Positions 48,725 to 58,189 of a stretch of DNA of 64,000 nucleotides are shown here, piece after piece; the stretch's first letter is position 1, and every line of letters starts with the position of its first letter. Below the pieces are notes generated by a model. That model ran no database searches, had not been told where the DNA came from, and saw nothing but the letters and a program-made list of their open reading frames with translations. Origin of the DNA: an uncultured Verrucomicrobiae bacterium. Lineage in GTDB: Bacteria; Verrucomicrobiota; Verrucomicrobiia; Chthoniobacterales; JAATET01. The stretch spans positions 430,794 to 494,793 of the forward strand of contig CAVXHK010000003.1 in the NCBI GenBank assembly GCA_963761705.1, in the 5' to 3' direction. A program made the translations under genes and the position numbers.

Positions 48725-49539
48725 TGGGAGCGGAGACGGAAAATGGTGCTCGATTTCTGCGGATAGACGGGCTGCGCAAGAGCTTCGGGGGGCGAGAGGT
48801 GCTCAAGGGCGTGAGCCTCGACGTGCGGCGGGGCAGCCTCTTTAGCGTGATTGGGCCGAGCGGGGCGGGAAAGTCGGTGTTCCTCAAGTGCTTGGCCGGC
48901 ATCGAGCGTCCGGACGGCGGCGAGATTTGGTTCGACGGGCGGCAGCTGGGCATCGGGAACGCCGTGACGCGTCGAAATTTCCGCCGGCGGTGCAGTTTTT
49001 TGTTCCAGAGCAACGCGTTGTTCGATTCGCTCACGGCGATGGAAAACGTCGCGCTCCCGCTCGAGCAAACGAGTGACGTGCCGAGGGAAGAGATCCGCGA
49101 GCGCAGCCTCGAAGCGCTGCGGCAGCTCGAACTCGAGGAGCACGCCGACCATTACCCCGGCCAGATTTCCGGCGGCATGCAGAAGCGTCTGGCGCTGGCG
49201 CGGGCCATCGTCACGCGACCGGAGCTGGTCTTTTTCGATGAGCCGACGGCTGGGCTCGATCCGCTGCGGCGGAACGCCGTGTTTGCGATGATCGCGAAGT
49301 ATCAGCGCCAATTTGGCTTCACGGCGCTGGTCGTGACGCACGATCTTGCTGAGGCGCTCATCGCGAGCGACCGGGTTGCCTTGCTCAACGGGGGGCAGAT
49401 GTGTTTTGAGGGGACGGCGGCGGAGTTCGACGCGTCCACGCACCCGACGGTCTGCGATTTTCGCGATAGTGCCACCGCACTTGGCAACACCCTTGCTTCC
49501 ATCCGGCGGGGCGAAGACACTCCGCCCGAAAACTTATGA
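48724..49539 (+). CDS. mlaF: ABC ATPase, MlaF family
   Basis: GPSGAGKS, ISGGMQKR, FFDEPTAGLDP, VVTHD. Confidence 0.88.
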   Translation: MGAETENGARFLRIDGLRKSFGGREVLKGVSLDVRRGSLFSVIGPSGAGKSVFLKCLAGIERPDGGEIWFDGRQLGIGNAVTRRNFRRRCSFLFQSNALFDSLTAMENVALPLEQTSDVPREEIRERSLEALRQLELEEHADHYPGQISGGMQKRLALARAIVTRPELVFFDEPTAGLDPLRRNAVFAMIAKYQRQFGFTALVVTHDLAEALIASDRVALLNGGQMCFEGTAAEFDASTHPTVCDFRDSATALGNTLASIRRGEDTPPENL

Positions 49540-50024
49540 AACAAACCCGACTCGAAATTCTGGTGGGTTCCTTCGTCCTTCTCGGGATTGTCGCGATCGC
49601 CTACCTCGCGATCAAGATCGGCTCGGGATCGATTCTTGGTGGTGACACCTACGAACTCGAAGCTCGCTTCGCGAACGCCGGCGGGCTGAACAAGGGTAGT
49701 AGTGTCCTCATGGCCGGCGTGACGGTAGGACGCGTCGAGGGCGTCGAGATCGATCCAGCGGATTTCAGCGCCATCGCCACGATGCGCGTGCGCACGGCTC
49801 TCCAGCTGCCGACGGACACGATGGCGTCGATCAAGACGACCGGTCTCATCGGCGACAAATACGTCGCGCTCGCTCCCGGCGCCGACGAGACCTACCTCGA
49901 ATCCGGCAATCGCATCATCATGACCGAGTCGTCCGTCGATCTCGAAGGACTCATCAGCAAAATGGCTTTCGGCAGCGTGGAGTCCGAAAGCGCCTCGGCG
50001 GACGAACCTCTCACCAGCCCATGA
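49536..50024 (+). CDS. mlaD: MCE-domain protein MlaD
   Basis: ARF.NAGGL..GS.V.MAGV.VGRV, IKTTGLIGDKYV. Confidence 0.92.
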   Translation: MKQTRLEILVGSFVLLGIVAIAYLAIKIGSGSILGGDTYELEARFANAGGLNKGSSVLMAGVTVGRVEGVEIDPADFSAIATMRVRTALQLPTDTMASIKTTGLIGDKYVALAPGADETYLESGNRIIMTESSVDLEGLISKMAFGSVESESASADEPLTSP

Positions 50025-50602
50025 AAGTTTACTCTCTCCTCTTCGCAACGACGCTCATCCTCGCCCACGCCGGCTCGGTTCTGGCGGCGACCGCCGACGC
50101 CGACAAGCGTCTCCACTCCGCGGTGGACGGTGCTCTCGCCGTCGCGGCGAAGGCCTCCACCCCCGCCGGTCTCGAGCAAAGTTTGCGTCCGGTGCTGAAA
50201 AAATACATCAGCTTTGAGGCAATGACGCGCCGTGCGGTGGGCCCGGGTTGGCGTCAATTCTCCGGCGGCCAACGGGACGAAGCGACGAATCTCTTCACCA
50301 CGCTCATCATCCGCACTTACAGCGCAAAGCTGACCCCCGGCGAGCAGCCCGACATCACCTACGGAAGTGCGACCGAGCCCGCGGCTGGGCGCGTCGAGGT
50401 CCCGACGGAGCTGAACTACCGCGGCGGCAAATACGGAGTGACTTACCGGCTCGAAAAGATCGGCGATTGGATGATCACCGACGTCGTGATCGAAGGCGTG
50501 AGCCTGATCGCAAACTACCGCACCCAACTTGACGCTCAGTTTAAAAACGGTGGCGCTGCGGCGGTCATCAGTGCTCTCAACCAATCCGTAGCCAAACCCT
50601 GA
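50021..50602 (+). CDS. mlaC: Periplasmic phospholipid-binding protein MlaC
   Basis: AVGPGWR, DVVIEGVSLIANYRTQ. Confidence 0.9.
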   Translation: MKVYSLLFATTLILAHAGSVLAATADADKRLHSAVDGALAVAAKASTPAGLEQSLRPVLKKYISFEAMTRRAVGPGWRQFSGGQRDEATNLFTTLIIRTYSAKLTPGEQPDITYGSATEPAAGRVEVPTELNYRGGKYGVTYRLEKIGDWMITDVVIEGVSLIANYRTQLDAQFKNGGAAAVISALNQSVAKP

Positions 50603-51465
50603 TGAAAATCCGACCCACCCGCCTCTCGTCACTCTTCGCGCTCAGTTCGCTGGCGCTGTTCAGCGCCTGCTCCACCGCTTCGAAAAAGCCGGCGACGTCG
50701 GACGCGGCCATCGTCGCCGGGGAGGAATGGGAGCTTGGTGACGAAGGCAGTGGGCGCACCGTGGCTTCGAACGCGGAAGAGATCGACGATCTGGCTGCGG
50801 AAGACGATCTCGACGAATACTCGGCCGCCGTCGTGGCGGATCCGCTCGAGCCGTTGAACCGCGCGACGTTTATGCTCAACGATGGGATCTACACCGTGCT
50901 CCTGCGCCCGATTTCGACGGGCTACGAATACGCGGTTCCCGAGTTCGCTCGGACCGGGGTGACGAACGCGTTCGAGAACGTCAAATTTCCGGTTCGTTTC
51001 GTGAACCACACGCTGCAGGGCAAGTTTGGCCGGGCGGGTAAGGAGACCGGGAAATTCCTGGTGAACAGCACGCTGGGCGTAGCGGGATTCATGCGCGCGG
51101 CGGAACGGTTTCCGGCCCTGGCTGATCTACCGGCGGCCGACACGGGTCAGACTTTTGCCAAGTGGGGCATCGGTCACGGCCCTTACCTCGTGCTCCCGAT
51201 TCTCGGGCCGAGTAGTGTGCGGGACACCGTGGGCTACGCGGGTGATTACGCGTTGAATCCGGTGAACTGGGTGAACTTCATTTACTGCGGCTACGAGTTT
51301 TTCTGCCCGCCGAATTGGACGATTGTCTTCCCTGCCGTGAACACGTTGCAGGCGCTGCCGGGTTCGCTCGCCACGCTCGATGCTGCGACCGAGAACGCGC
51401 TCGACCGCTACATCGCGGCACGCACGGCCTACATCCAGTATCGCGCAGCGGTCGCCGAGCAGTAG
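50602..51465 (+). CDS. mlaA: VacJ/MlaA lipoprotein
   Basis: Lipobox FSAC; DPLEPLNR, NSTLG, DTGQT..KWG...GPYLVLPILGPSSVRD. Confidence 0.92.
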   Translation: MKIRPTRLSSLFALSSLALFSACSTASKKPATSDAAIVAGEEWELGDEGSGRTVASNAEEIDDLAAEDDLDEYSAAVVADPLEPLNRATFMLNDGIYTVLLRPISTGYEYAVPEFARTGVTNAFENVKFPVRFVNHTLQGKFGRAGKETGKFLVNSTLGVAGFMRAAERFPALADLPAADTGQTFAKWGIGHGPYLVLPILGPSSVRDTVGYAGDYALNPVNWVNFIYCGYEFFCPPNWTIVFPAVNTLQALPGSLATLDAATENALDRYIAARTAYIQYRAAVAEQ

Positions 51466-51569
51466 GGAGAGTTCATTCCAGCGGCGCTTTCGGGAGGGGT
51501 TCCGGACGGGTCTTTGCAGGCAGCCGGTATGATGAGCTTCACGGAAGTTTGGCAACGGCCGGTGAACCG

Positions 51570-52001
51570 TCATTCGGCGATCTTGACGCCGAGGGCGGTG
51601 AGGGTCGCGAAAAGGATGCACCAAGGGATCACTCCGATGGCGAGGGCGGCGGTGAGCTTCCACTTGGGAGCGCCGAGGGAAAGCCCGAGGAGGGCGCTGG
51701 TTTGGGGACCGATGGTGACGGGGGCGATGAGGGCCAACGCCCAGAGGCCGTAGCGATCCCAGATCCGGTAGATGCGACTCGTGCGGTCGGGCGTCGGCGA
51801 GACTTTGAGCTTTCGCATGAGCCAGGCGCGGAGGGGTTCGCCGGCGAGGGCGACAACCAGGCCGCCAGCGGCGTAGCCGATCCAGGCGATGATCGCCGTG
51901 GCGACGACGGGAAGGCCGAAGGCGACTCCCGCTGGGAGAGCACCGATGAAGTAGAAGAAGCCGAGGGTCCAGACGGCGGCGATGGATCCGAGTAACTGCA
52001 T
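51570..52001 (-). CDS. Small multi-TM membrane protein (small multidrug export-like)
   Basis: About four TM segments; IWDRYGLWALAL.AP...GP. Confidence 0.65.
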   Translation of the reverse strand: MQLLGSIAAVWTLGFFYFIGALPAGVAFGLPVVATAIIAWIGYAAGGLVVALAGEPLRAWLMRKLKVSPTPDRTSRIYRIWDRYGLWALALIAPVTIGPQTSALLGLSLGAPKWKLTAALAIGVIPWCILFATLTALGVKIAE

Positions 52002-52172
52002 GGGGGAAGGCGTAGCAGGGTTTGGGGGGAGTGGGGGTGGGAATTTTGGCCCCCGGGGTGGCGGGGACGCTGGGAGGAGGTCACGGCACCCGCGGTGCGC
52101 TTGCCCGACCCGGGCTTGGACGAGGGCTTGCCGTGCAAGCTGGGTTCCGAGCCTTCGGCTCAGAGACTTGTC

Positions 52173-52847
52173 TCAATTTACCGGGTTGAAAATCGGGGTG
52201 TCGAAGTGGAAGAGGCGGGTGGCGAGGTCGTTGAGTGCCAAGCGGGCGTCGGTGAAGCCGGCGGAGAGTTCCTCAAAAATCGCGTCCAGCTCGAAGCGAC
52301 GGGCATCGCGGTGGTTGGCGGCGGCGTGGAAGCTGGAGCGGCCGAGGCTCTCGTAGAAGGAGAGGTCGGGCGCGCCGCGCTGGGCGCGTTGGTCAATGTT
52401 GTCGGCGAAGACTCCGGCGAAGAAGAGGGCTGAGTTGGCGAGGTGGGCGCGGAGGCGGAACGCCTCGGCGGGGCTGGCCTCACGCAAGGCGAGGAGGAGA
52501 TCGGATAGGTAGGGCGCGGGGGTCGCAGCGGTGCCGCGTCCGGTGTGGGAATAGGCTTCCAGCATCGCGGCGATGTAGTCGGCGGCGTCGCGACTGGACA
52601 CGCTGGTGTTTTTCAGGACTCTCCGGCAGAGGACGTAGAAGTAGAGGTGTGCGGAGATGCGCAGATTGTCAACGGAATCGAGGATCGCGTCGGCGAGGGC
52701 TTCGTGCTCGAGGACCTCGTCGCGGCTGTCGGCATCGAGGAGGAGATCGGCGAGGGAGACGGCGTCGCGGGGCGAGTGGCTGAGCGAGCGGACAATGAAA
52801 TCGAAATCATCCGCGGTGAACCGGGCACGACAATTGGCGTGAATCAT
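52173..52847 (-). CDS. Conserved-looking hypothetical helical protein
   Basis: MIHANCRARFTADDF...LYFYVL...HLANSALFFAGVF...FYE.LGR. ATG 52847 lies just after a sigma-54 motif. Confidence 0.7.
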   Translation of the reverse strand: MIHANCRARFTADDFDFIVRSLSHSPRDAVSLADLLLDADSRDEVLEHEALADAILDSVDNLRISAHLYFYVLCRRVLKNTSVSSRDAADYIAAMLEAYSHTGRGTAATPAPYLSDLLLALREASPAEAFRLRAHLANSALFFAGVFADNIDQRAQRGAPDLSFYESLGRSSFHAAANHRDARRFELDAIFEELSAGFTDARLALNDLATRLFHFDTPIFNPVN

Positions 52848-52864
52848 TCCGGGTCCTATTTTAG

Positions 52865-52880
52865 AGCACGGAGCGTGCCA
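52865..52880 (-). promoter_or_regulatory. Sigma-54-type promoter motif
   Basis: Minus strand TGGCACGCTCCGTGCT (GG-N10-GC). Confidence 0.6.
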
Positions 52881-52886
52881 GCAAAA

Positions 52887-52926
52887 AGTTTTGAAGTTTT
52901 GGAGTTTTGAGGTTTTGAAGTTCCGG
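52887..52926 (+). repeat. Five tandem octamers RGTTYTGR (last one degenerate)
   Basis: agttttga agttttgg agttttga ggttttga agttccgg; same unit as 17633-17672. Confidence 0.75.
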
Positions 52927-52940
52927 GTAATTGAACGGGA

Positions 52941-53408
52941 GTGAGGATCGTGCGGATGGAGAGGCGGGCGGAGTGGGCGGCTCATTTGGCTTCGTGGCAC
53001 GGGAAAGAGTGGGGGCACCTGTACGCCGACTGGGATGCGGGGGCGGCGTTGACTGAGTTTCTGGCGGAGCCGGGCGAGGGGTTGCCGGTGACGTTCGTGG
53101 CGTTGGAGGGCGAGCGGATCGTGGGGTCGGTGAGTGTGGTTTTTGGAGACATGCCCGGAGCACCTGAGGAATGGAATCCTTGGGTGGCGAGTCTGATCGT
53201 CGATCGCGAGGTGCGGGGACGAGGGGTGGGGACGAGGTTGATCGGTTTCGCGGTGACGGCGGCGAAGGAGGCCGGGCACGGGAAGATCTGGTGTCTGACG
53301 GAGGAGCGTCAGAGCTTGTTCGAGCGGGCGGGGTTCGAGCGGGTGGCGGAGGAAGCGATGAACGGATGGTCGGTTTCCGTGATGCGGAGAGATACGAATA
53401 CAATTTGA
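52941..53408 (+). CDS. GNAT family N-acetyltransferase
   Basis: PWVASLIVDREVRGRGVGTRL; FERAGF. Confidence 0.85.
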   Translation: MRIVRMERRAEWAAHLASWHGKEWGHLYADWDAGAALTEFLAEPGEGLPVTFVALEGERIVGSVSVVFGDMPGAPEEWNPWVASLIVDREVRGRGVGTRLIGFAVTAAKEAGHGKIWCLTEERQSLFERAGFERVAEEAMNGWSVSVMRRDTNTI

Positions 53409-53520
53409 ACAGAAGGTCGCGAAGAGCGCAGAGGGGTGAAAGCGGGGGCGGCTCCCGCTGACGCGGGTTGCCGACTCATTCTCTGAATTTCTTTGCTACC
53501 ATTGCGACCTTCGGTTCGAA
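53404..53520. repeat. Inverted pair of GAACAGAAGGTCGC-type repeats between convergent genes
   Basis: tttgaacagaaggtcgc (53404-53420) versus gcgaccttcggttcgaa (53504-53520). Confidence 0.6.
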
Positions 53521-53529
53521 GGTGCATTT

Positions 53530-55416
53530 TCACCGGGCGAGGATCGTTTCGACCGCCTCCGTGACCTCTTCCGCCGTGATGGCTTCCATGCAGCGGAAGT
53601 CGAGGGGGCAGTTTCTTTGGTAGCAGGGGGAGCACTCGACTTGGTGGCGGATGACGATGTGGTGGTCGCCGAGTGGACCCGTCAAGAGAGGCTCGGTGCT
53701 GCCGAAGAGGGCGACGCACGGGACGCCGAGGCTGGCGGCGAGGTGCATCGTGCCGGTGTCGTTGGTGACGAGGGTGTGGAGGCGTTGCAGCTCTTCGAGG
53801 AGTTGGGCGAGAGTGGTGCGACCGGTGAGGTCTTCGACTTTACCGTCGAAGCCTTGGAGGATGTCCGCCGCAACCGGGGTGTCGGCGGCGGTGCCGACGA
53901 GGACGAGGGTGGCATCGGGATGTTTTTCCGCGAGGCTCTGCATGACTTTTCGAAAGCGGGTGGGATACCAGCGTTTGGCGGGACCGTATTCTGCGCCGGG
54001 ACAGAGACCGATGCGGAGGGGGCCGGTGGGCTTGGGTGCGGGGGGAATGACGAGTTCGCCGCGTTCGGCTCCGACGCTGTCAGCCATGCGGAGGTAATGG
54101 TAGGCCTGGTGGCGGGGCCACATTCGTTTTTTTTCGGGACGGACGACGTGGTTGAGCATCCACTTGCGGCTCTCGCCTTCGTAGCCGACGCGGCGGGGGA
54201 TGCCACCGAGCCAGGTTTCGAGGGCGGTGCGGGAGCTGTTGGGGAAGATGATGGCGACGTCGAAACGGCCGCGGATGCGCCGGGCGACTTTGAAGACGCC
54301 GGCGTCGGACGGAACGGCGATGACGTCTTGCACGCCGGGGACGGTGCGCCAGTAATCGGCGAGTTTTTCCCGGGTGAGAACGGTGACGCGGGCGTCGGGG
54401 CGACCGGCGGCGATGGCGCGGACGGCGGGGCTGCTCATCACGGCGTCGCCGAGCCAGTTGCTGGAGCGAATGAGGATGCGGAAGGGTTTCAAGGTCGCGG
54501 GGTCGGTGGTTGGAGGAAGGTACACGCCGCGTTTGGTGCGGGCTAGGAGGAAGTCGGGGTGGGGGGTCTTCCAGCGGTTGTGGACCCAGAACCAGTCGGC
54601 GGGAGACTCGCGGATCTGGGATTCGAGCGCGGCGTTGATGTCGGCCGTGAGCTGGTCGGCGTCGTCCGGGTCGTAGGGGATCGGCGGGCGGATCGAGAGC
54701 CGCCATTTCGCGAAGCCGACGGTGAAGCAGGCCATCGGGACGACGCGGGCGCCGGTGCGGGTGGCGAGCGTGGCGGACAGCGGCGAGGTCGAAGCTAGGG
54801 CGTTAAAAAATGGGATCCAGAGGCCGGAGTCGCCGGCGTGCTGATCGACGAGGACACCGACGAGATTGCCTTCCCTGAGGTAGGTGAGTGCTTTGGTGAG
54901 CCCGCGTTTGCGGTCGAGTGTGGCGGTGCCCTTGGCGCGGCGGTCGCTGTTGATGAGGTCGTCGAGTCTCTTGTTGCGGAGGGCCTGGTAGATGGTGGCG
55001 GATTTCCACGGGCGGGCGAGGTAGTTGGCTTGGGCGAGAAGTTCCCAGTTGCCGAGGTGAGAAATGGTGAGGACCACGCCCTTGCCGGCGGCGAGTCCGT
55101 CGGTCATGTGCTCGTGGCCTTCGATGGTCATGTGGCGGGCGAGCTGCTCGTCGGTCATCACGGCGACTTTGAAGGCCGAGCAGGTGTTGGCACCGAGGGT
55201 GGTGAAATGCCGAAACGTGAGGTGGCGGAGCTCGGTGGGAGATTTCTCCCCGCCGAAGGCTTTGGCGAGATTTGCGTGGGCGAGGCGGCGGTAGGGCGGG
55301 AGGGCGAACCAGAGAATCGCGCCGATGGCTTGGCCCACGGCGAAGCAGATCGGGAGGGGGAGGGCGCGAATCGTGGTGACGACGGCGAGTGCGAATGCGT
55401 AAATGACTCGTTCCAT
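53530..55416 (-). CDS. Fusion of lipid A acyltransferase (LpxL-like) and LPS heptosyltransferase II (WaaF, GT9)
   Basis: N-half HLGNWE, VDQHAG, WFWVHNRWK; C-half NWLGDAVM, CPGAEYGPAKRW, TNDTGTMHLAA, LFGST. Confidence 0.88.
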   Translation of the reverse strand: MERVIYAFALAVVTTIRALPLPICFAVGQAIGAILWFALPPYRRLAHANLAKAFGGEKSPTELRHLTFRHFTTLGANTCSAFKVAVMTDEQLARHMTIEGHEHMTDGLAAGKGVVLTISHLGNWELLAQANYLARPWKSATIYQALRNKRLDDLINSDRRAKGTATLDRKRGLTKALTYLREGNLVGVLVDQHAGDSGLWIPFFNALASTSPLSATLATRTGARVVPMACFTVGFAKWRLSIRPPIPYDPDDADQLTADINAALESQIRESPADWFWVHNRWKTPHPDFLLARTKRGVYLPPTTDPATLKPFRILIRSSNWLGDAVMSSPAVRAIAAGRPDARVTVLTREKLADYWRTVPGVQDVIAVPSDAGVFKVARRIRGRFDVAIIFPNSSRTALETWLGGIPRRVGYEGESRKWMLNHVVRPEKKRMWPRHQAYHYLRMADSVGAERGELVIPPAPKPTGPLRIGLCPGAEYGPAKRWYPTRFRKVMQSLAEKHPDATLVLVGTAADTPVAADILQGFDGKVEDLTGRTTLAQLLEELQRLHTLVTNDTGTMHLAASLGVPCVALFGSTEPLLTGPLGDHHIVIRHQVECSPCYQRNCPLDFRCMEAITAEEVTEAVETILAR

Positions 55417-55501
55417 GAAGAGTGATGCGGTCGGGGACAGTAGGCGGACGGAGACGGAGACGGGAAGAAATTCCGCGACGGCGGGGGGGGCTGCGGGGAC
55501 G

Positions 55502-56671
55502 GTGCGGCGAGTGGTTGGTCCGGGGTCGACGATCGGGATGCTGGGCGGCGGCCAGTTGGGGCGGATGTTTGCGCTGGAAGCGCGGCGGCTGGGGTATCGG
55601 GTTCACGTCTACGAGCCGAAGGCGGATTCGCCGGCTGGGCAGGTTGCGGACCGAGAGGTGAACGCGGAGTGGTCCGATCTGGCGGCGTTGCGGGAATTCG
55701 CAGCGGGGGTGGACGTGGTGACGTATGAATTCGAGAACATCCCGGTCGACGCGGTGGCGGCGGTGGCCGAGAAATGTGAGGTGCTGCCGGGGGCAGGGGT
55801 GTTGCACGTCTGTCAGAACCGGGAGCGGGAGAAGACGTTTTTGCGGGAGAATGGGTTTCCGTGCGCGTCGTTTTGGGTGGTGAGCTCGGCGAGGGAGCTG
55901 GCGGTGGCGATGGGGGAGCTTGGCGAGCTCGGGGGCGTCCTCAAAACAGCGGAGTCGGGGTATGATGGGAAGGGGCAGGTCAGGGTGATGGTGACGAAGG
56001 CCGAAGGTCGGAGTGGCGCGTCGCGCGGTGAACTGGGTGATCGGCAGGAGGCCGATGACACGAGTGAGGATGCCTTGGTGGTTTGGCGGGAGCTGGGGGT
56101 GGAGCGGGCGGTGCTGGAAGGGTGGGTCGAGTTCGAGAAGGAGTTCTCGGTCATCTGCGCTCGGGGGCGGGACGGAGTGGTGAGCGTTTTTCCGGTTGCC
56201 GAGAACGTGCATCGGGATCACATCCTGGAGCGGTCGATTGTGCCGGCGGGAATACCCGACGCGGCGGCGGCGGAGGGGATGCGGATCGCGGCGGAGATCG
56301 CCGAGCGGTTGAACGTGGTGGGCGTGATCGCGGTGGAATGTTTTCTGTTGCGGGATGGATCGGTGCTCGTGAACGAGATGGCGCCGCGGCCGCACAATTC
56401 GGGGCACTTTTCCTTCGATGCGTGCGTGACGAGTCAATTTGAGCAGCAACTGCGGGCGGTGTGTGGGCTGCCGTTGGGGTCGGTCGAATTGCTGCGACCG
56501 GTGGTGATGGTCAATCTGCTCGGAGATCGGTGGACGGACGGGGAGCCGGATTGGGCGGAGTTTTTGGACGATCCGGACGCGAAGTTGCACCTTTACGGGA
56601 AGGTGGAGCCCCGGGCGGGGCGGAAAATGGGGCACGTTTGTCTGCTCGGAGGAAACGCTGGCGATGAGTGA
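55502..56671 (+). CDS. purK: N5-CAIR synthase (ATP-grasp)
   Basis: GMLGGGQLGRM, TYEFEN, GYDGKGQ, NEMAPRPHNSGH, SQFEQQLRA, RKMGH. Start uncertain. Confidence 0.93.
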   Translation: MRRVVGPGSTIGMLGGGQLGRMFALEARRLGYRVHVYEPKADSPAGQVADREVNAEWSDLAALREFAAGVDVVTYEFENIPVDAVAAVAEKCEVLPGAGVLHVCQNREREKTFLRENGFPCASFWVVSSARELAVAMGELGELGGVLKTAESGYDGKGQVRVMVTKAEGRSGASRGELGDRQEADDTSEDALVVWRELGVERAVLEGWVEFEKEFSVICARGRDGVVSVFPVAENVHRDHILERSIVPAGIPDAAAAEGMRIAAEIAERLNVVGVIAVECFLLRDGSVLVNEMAPRPHNSGHFSFDACVTSQFEQQLRAVCGLPLGSVELLRPVVMVNLLGDRWTDGEPDWAEFLDDPDAKLHLYGKVEPRAGRKMGHVCLLGGNAGDE

Positions 56672-57038
56672 GGTCAACAGCCGGGTGGTGAAGGTGGAGA
56701 CGCCTTGGAAATTGATCGTGACGGCGGTTTCAGTCGGGGTGCTGTTGTTGTCGGGGATCTTCTTTGCGGTTTGGACGAGCGGGCAGGGGGTGATGGCGGC
56801 GAGGATGACGGGAACGGTGGTTGAAAAGGATTTTTTCCCGCTGGCGGAGGAACAGATTACGTTTGGGGTTGATGGTCTGAAGACGGGGAGCGTGGAGGGG
56901 AATTACACGCTGACCGTTGACGTGCCGATGATGGATGGGACGGTGGAGGCCTACACCGTGGAGCGGCTGGGGAAGGAGCGCTGGGAGGCGGTGCGAGTGG
57001 GGGACTCGTTTGACGTGGGGCCGCTGTTGGTGCGGTAG
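56664..57038 (+). CDS. Hypothetical single-TM protein
   Basis: One TM helix followed by a small beta-rich domain; overlaps the purK stop. Confidence 0.65.
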   Translation: MSEVNSRVVKVETPWKLIVTAVSVGVLLLSGIFFAVWTSGQGVMAARMTGTVVEKDFFPLAEEQITFGVDGLKTGSVEGNYTLTVDVPMMDGTVEAYTVERLGKERWEAVRVGDSFDVGPLLVR

Positions 57039-57155
57039 GCCTGCCGTGGATCGGAGGTTCGTTTTTGCGCGGGAGCTCGCGGGCCGGAAACCGGTGCTCC
57101 CCAGCCTGATTTTGAACGGTTTGCGGGGTGGCGTGTCTGTTTTCTTTCCAATTTT

Positions 57156-58148
57156 ATGAGTAGTGTGTCCACGCAAGAGCTGAATCGAGAAGTCCAAGGA
57201 ACAAACCAATGGGTGCAGCCGTTACTGCAGGAAATCGGGAAGGTGGTGATCGGGCAGAACGTTCTCGTGGAGCGTCTGCTGGTTGGTCTTCTGACCAATG
57301 GTCACGTTCTCTTGGAAGGTGTGCCGGGATTGGCGAAGACGCTGACGGTGCGGACGTTGGCTGCGAGCATCAACACGGGATTTCAGCGGTTGCAATTCAC
57401 GCCGGATCTCTTGCCAGCCGATTTGGTCGGCACGATGATCTACAATCAGAAAGACGGTGAGTTCAGCACGAAGCTGGGGCCGATTTTTTCAAATTTAATC
57501 CTGGCGGATGAAATCAACCGGGCCCCGGCGAAGGTGCAGAGTGCGCTGCTTGAGGCGATGCAGGAGCGGCAGGTGACGATCGGCGAGAAGACGTTCAAGC
57601 TGCCGGATCCGTTCCTGGTGCTCGCGACTCAGAATCCGATCGAGCAGGAAGGGACCTACCAGCTGCCGGAGGCACAGTTGGATCGGTTCATGTTGAAGGT
57701 GAACGTCGGGTATCCGACTCGCGCGGAGGAGCGGGCGATCCTCGACGCGATGGCGACTTCGGCCCCGAAGTTGGACGTGAGCGCGTTGGTCGAGCCGGAG
57801 CAAATCATCCGCGCGCGGGAGGTGGTGAACTCGGTCTTCGTCGACGACCGGGTGAAGGATTACATCGTCGATATCGTGTGGGCGACGCGCGATCCGCGGT
57901 CGTTCAAACTGAACCTCGATGGGTTGATCCGCTACGGTGCGTCGCCGCGGGCGACGATTTTCCTGACGCTGGCCGCGAAGGCGAACGCCTTCCTGAATGG
58001 ACGTGGCTACGTGACGCCGCAGGACGTGAAGAGCATCGGGCTCGATATTCTGCGCCACCGGGTGGCCGTCAGCTACGAGGCGGAGGCCGAGGAGGTGACC
58101 AGCGAGATGGTGGTCGAGAAAATCTTCGCTGGAATTCCGGTTCCCTGA
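57156..58148 (+). CDS. moxR: MoxR family AAA+ ATPase
   Basis: LEGVPGLAKT, QFTPDLLPAD, ADEINRAPAKVQSALLEAMQE, GASPRA. Confidence 0.95.
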   Translation: MSSVSTQELNREVQGTNQWVQPLLQEIGKVVIGQNVLVERLLVGLLTNGHVLLEGVPGLAKTLTVRTLAASINTGFQRLQFTPDLLPADLVGTMIYNQKDGEFSTKLGPIFSNLILADEINRAPAKVQSALLEAMQERQVTIGEKTFKLPDPFLVLATQNPIEQEGTYQLPEAQLDRFMLKVNVGYPTRAEERAILDAMATSAPKLDVSALVEPEQIIRAREVVNSVFVDDRVKDYIVDIVWATRDPRSFKLNLDGLIRYGASPRATIFLTLAAKANAFLNGRGYVTPQDVKSIGLDILRHRVAVSYEAEAEEVTSEMVVEKIFAGIPVP

Positions 58149-58189
58149 TTCGGCGGCGGCTCGGTCGAGCCCGTTGCTGAGTGGTTGTC

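Noticed and set aside
52021-52080. G-quadruplex-like G tracts
   Set aside because: G runs are ubiquitous on this strand because of the skew, so this one is not distinctive.
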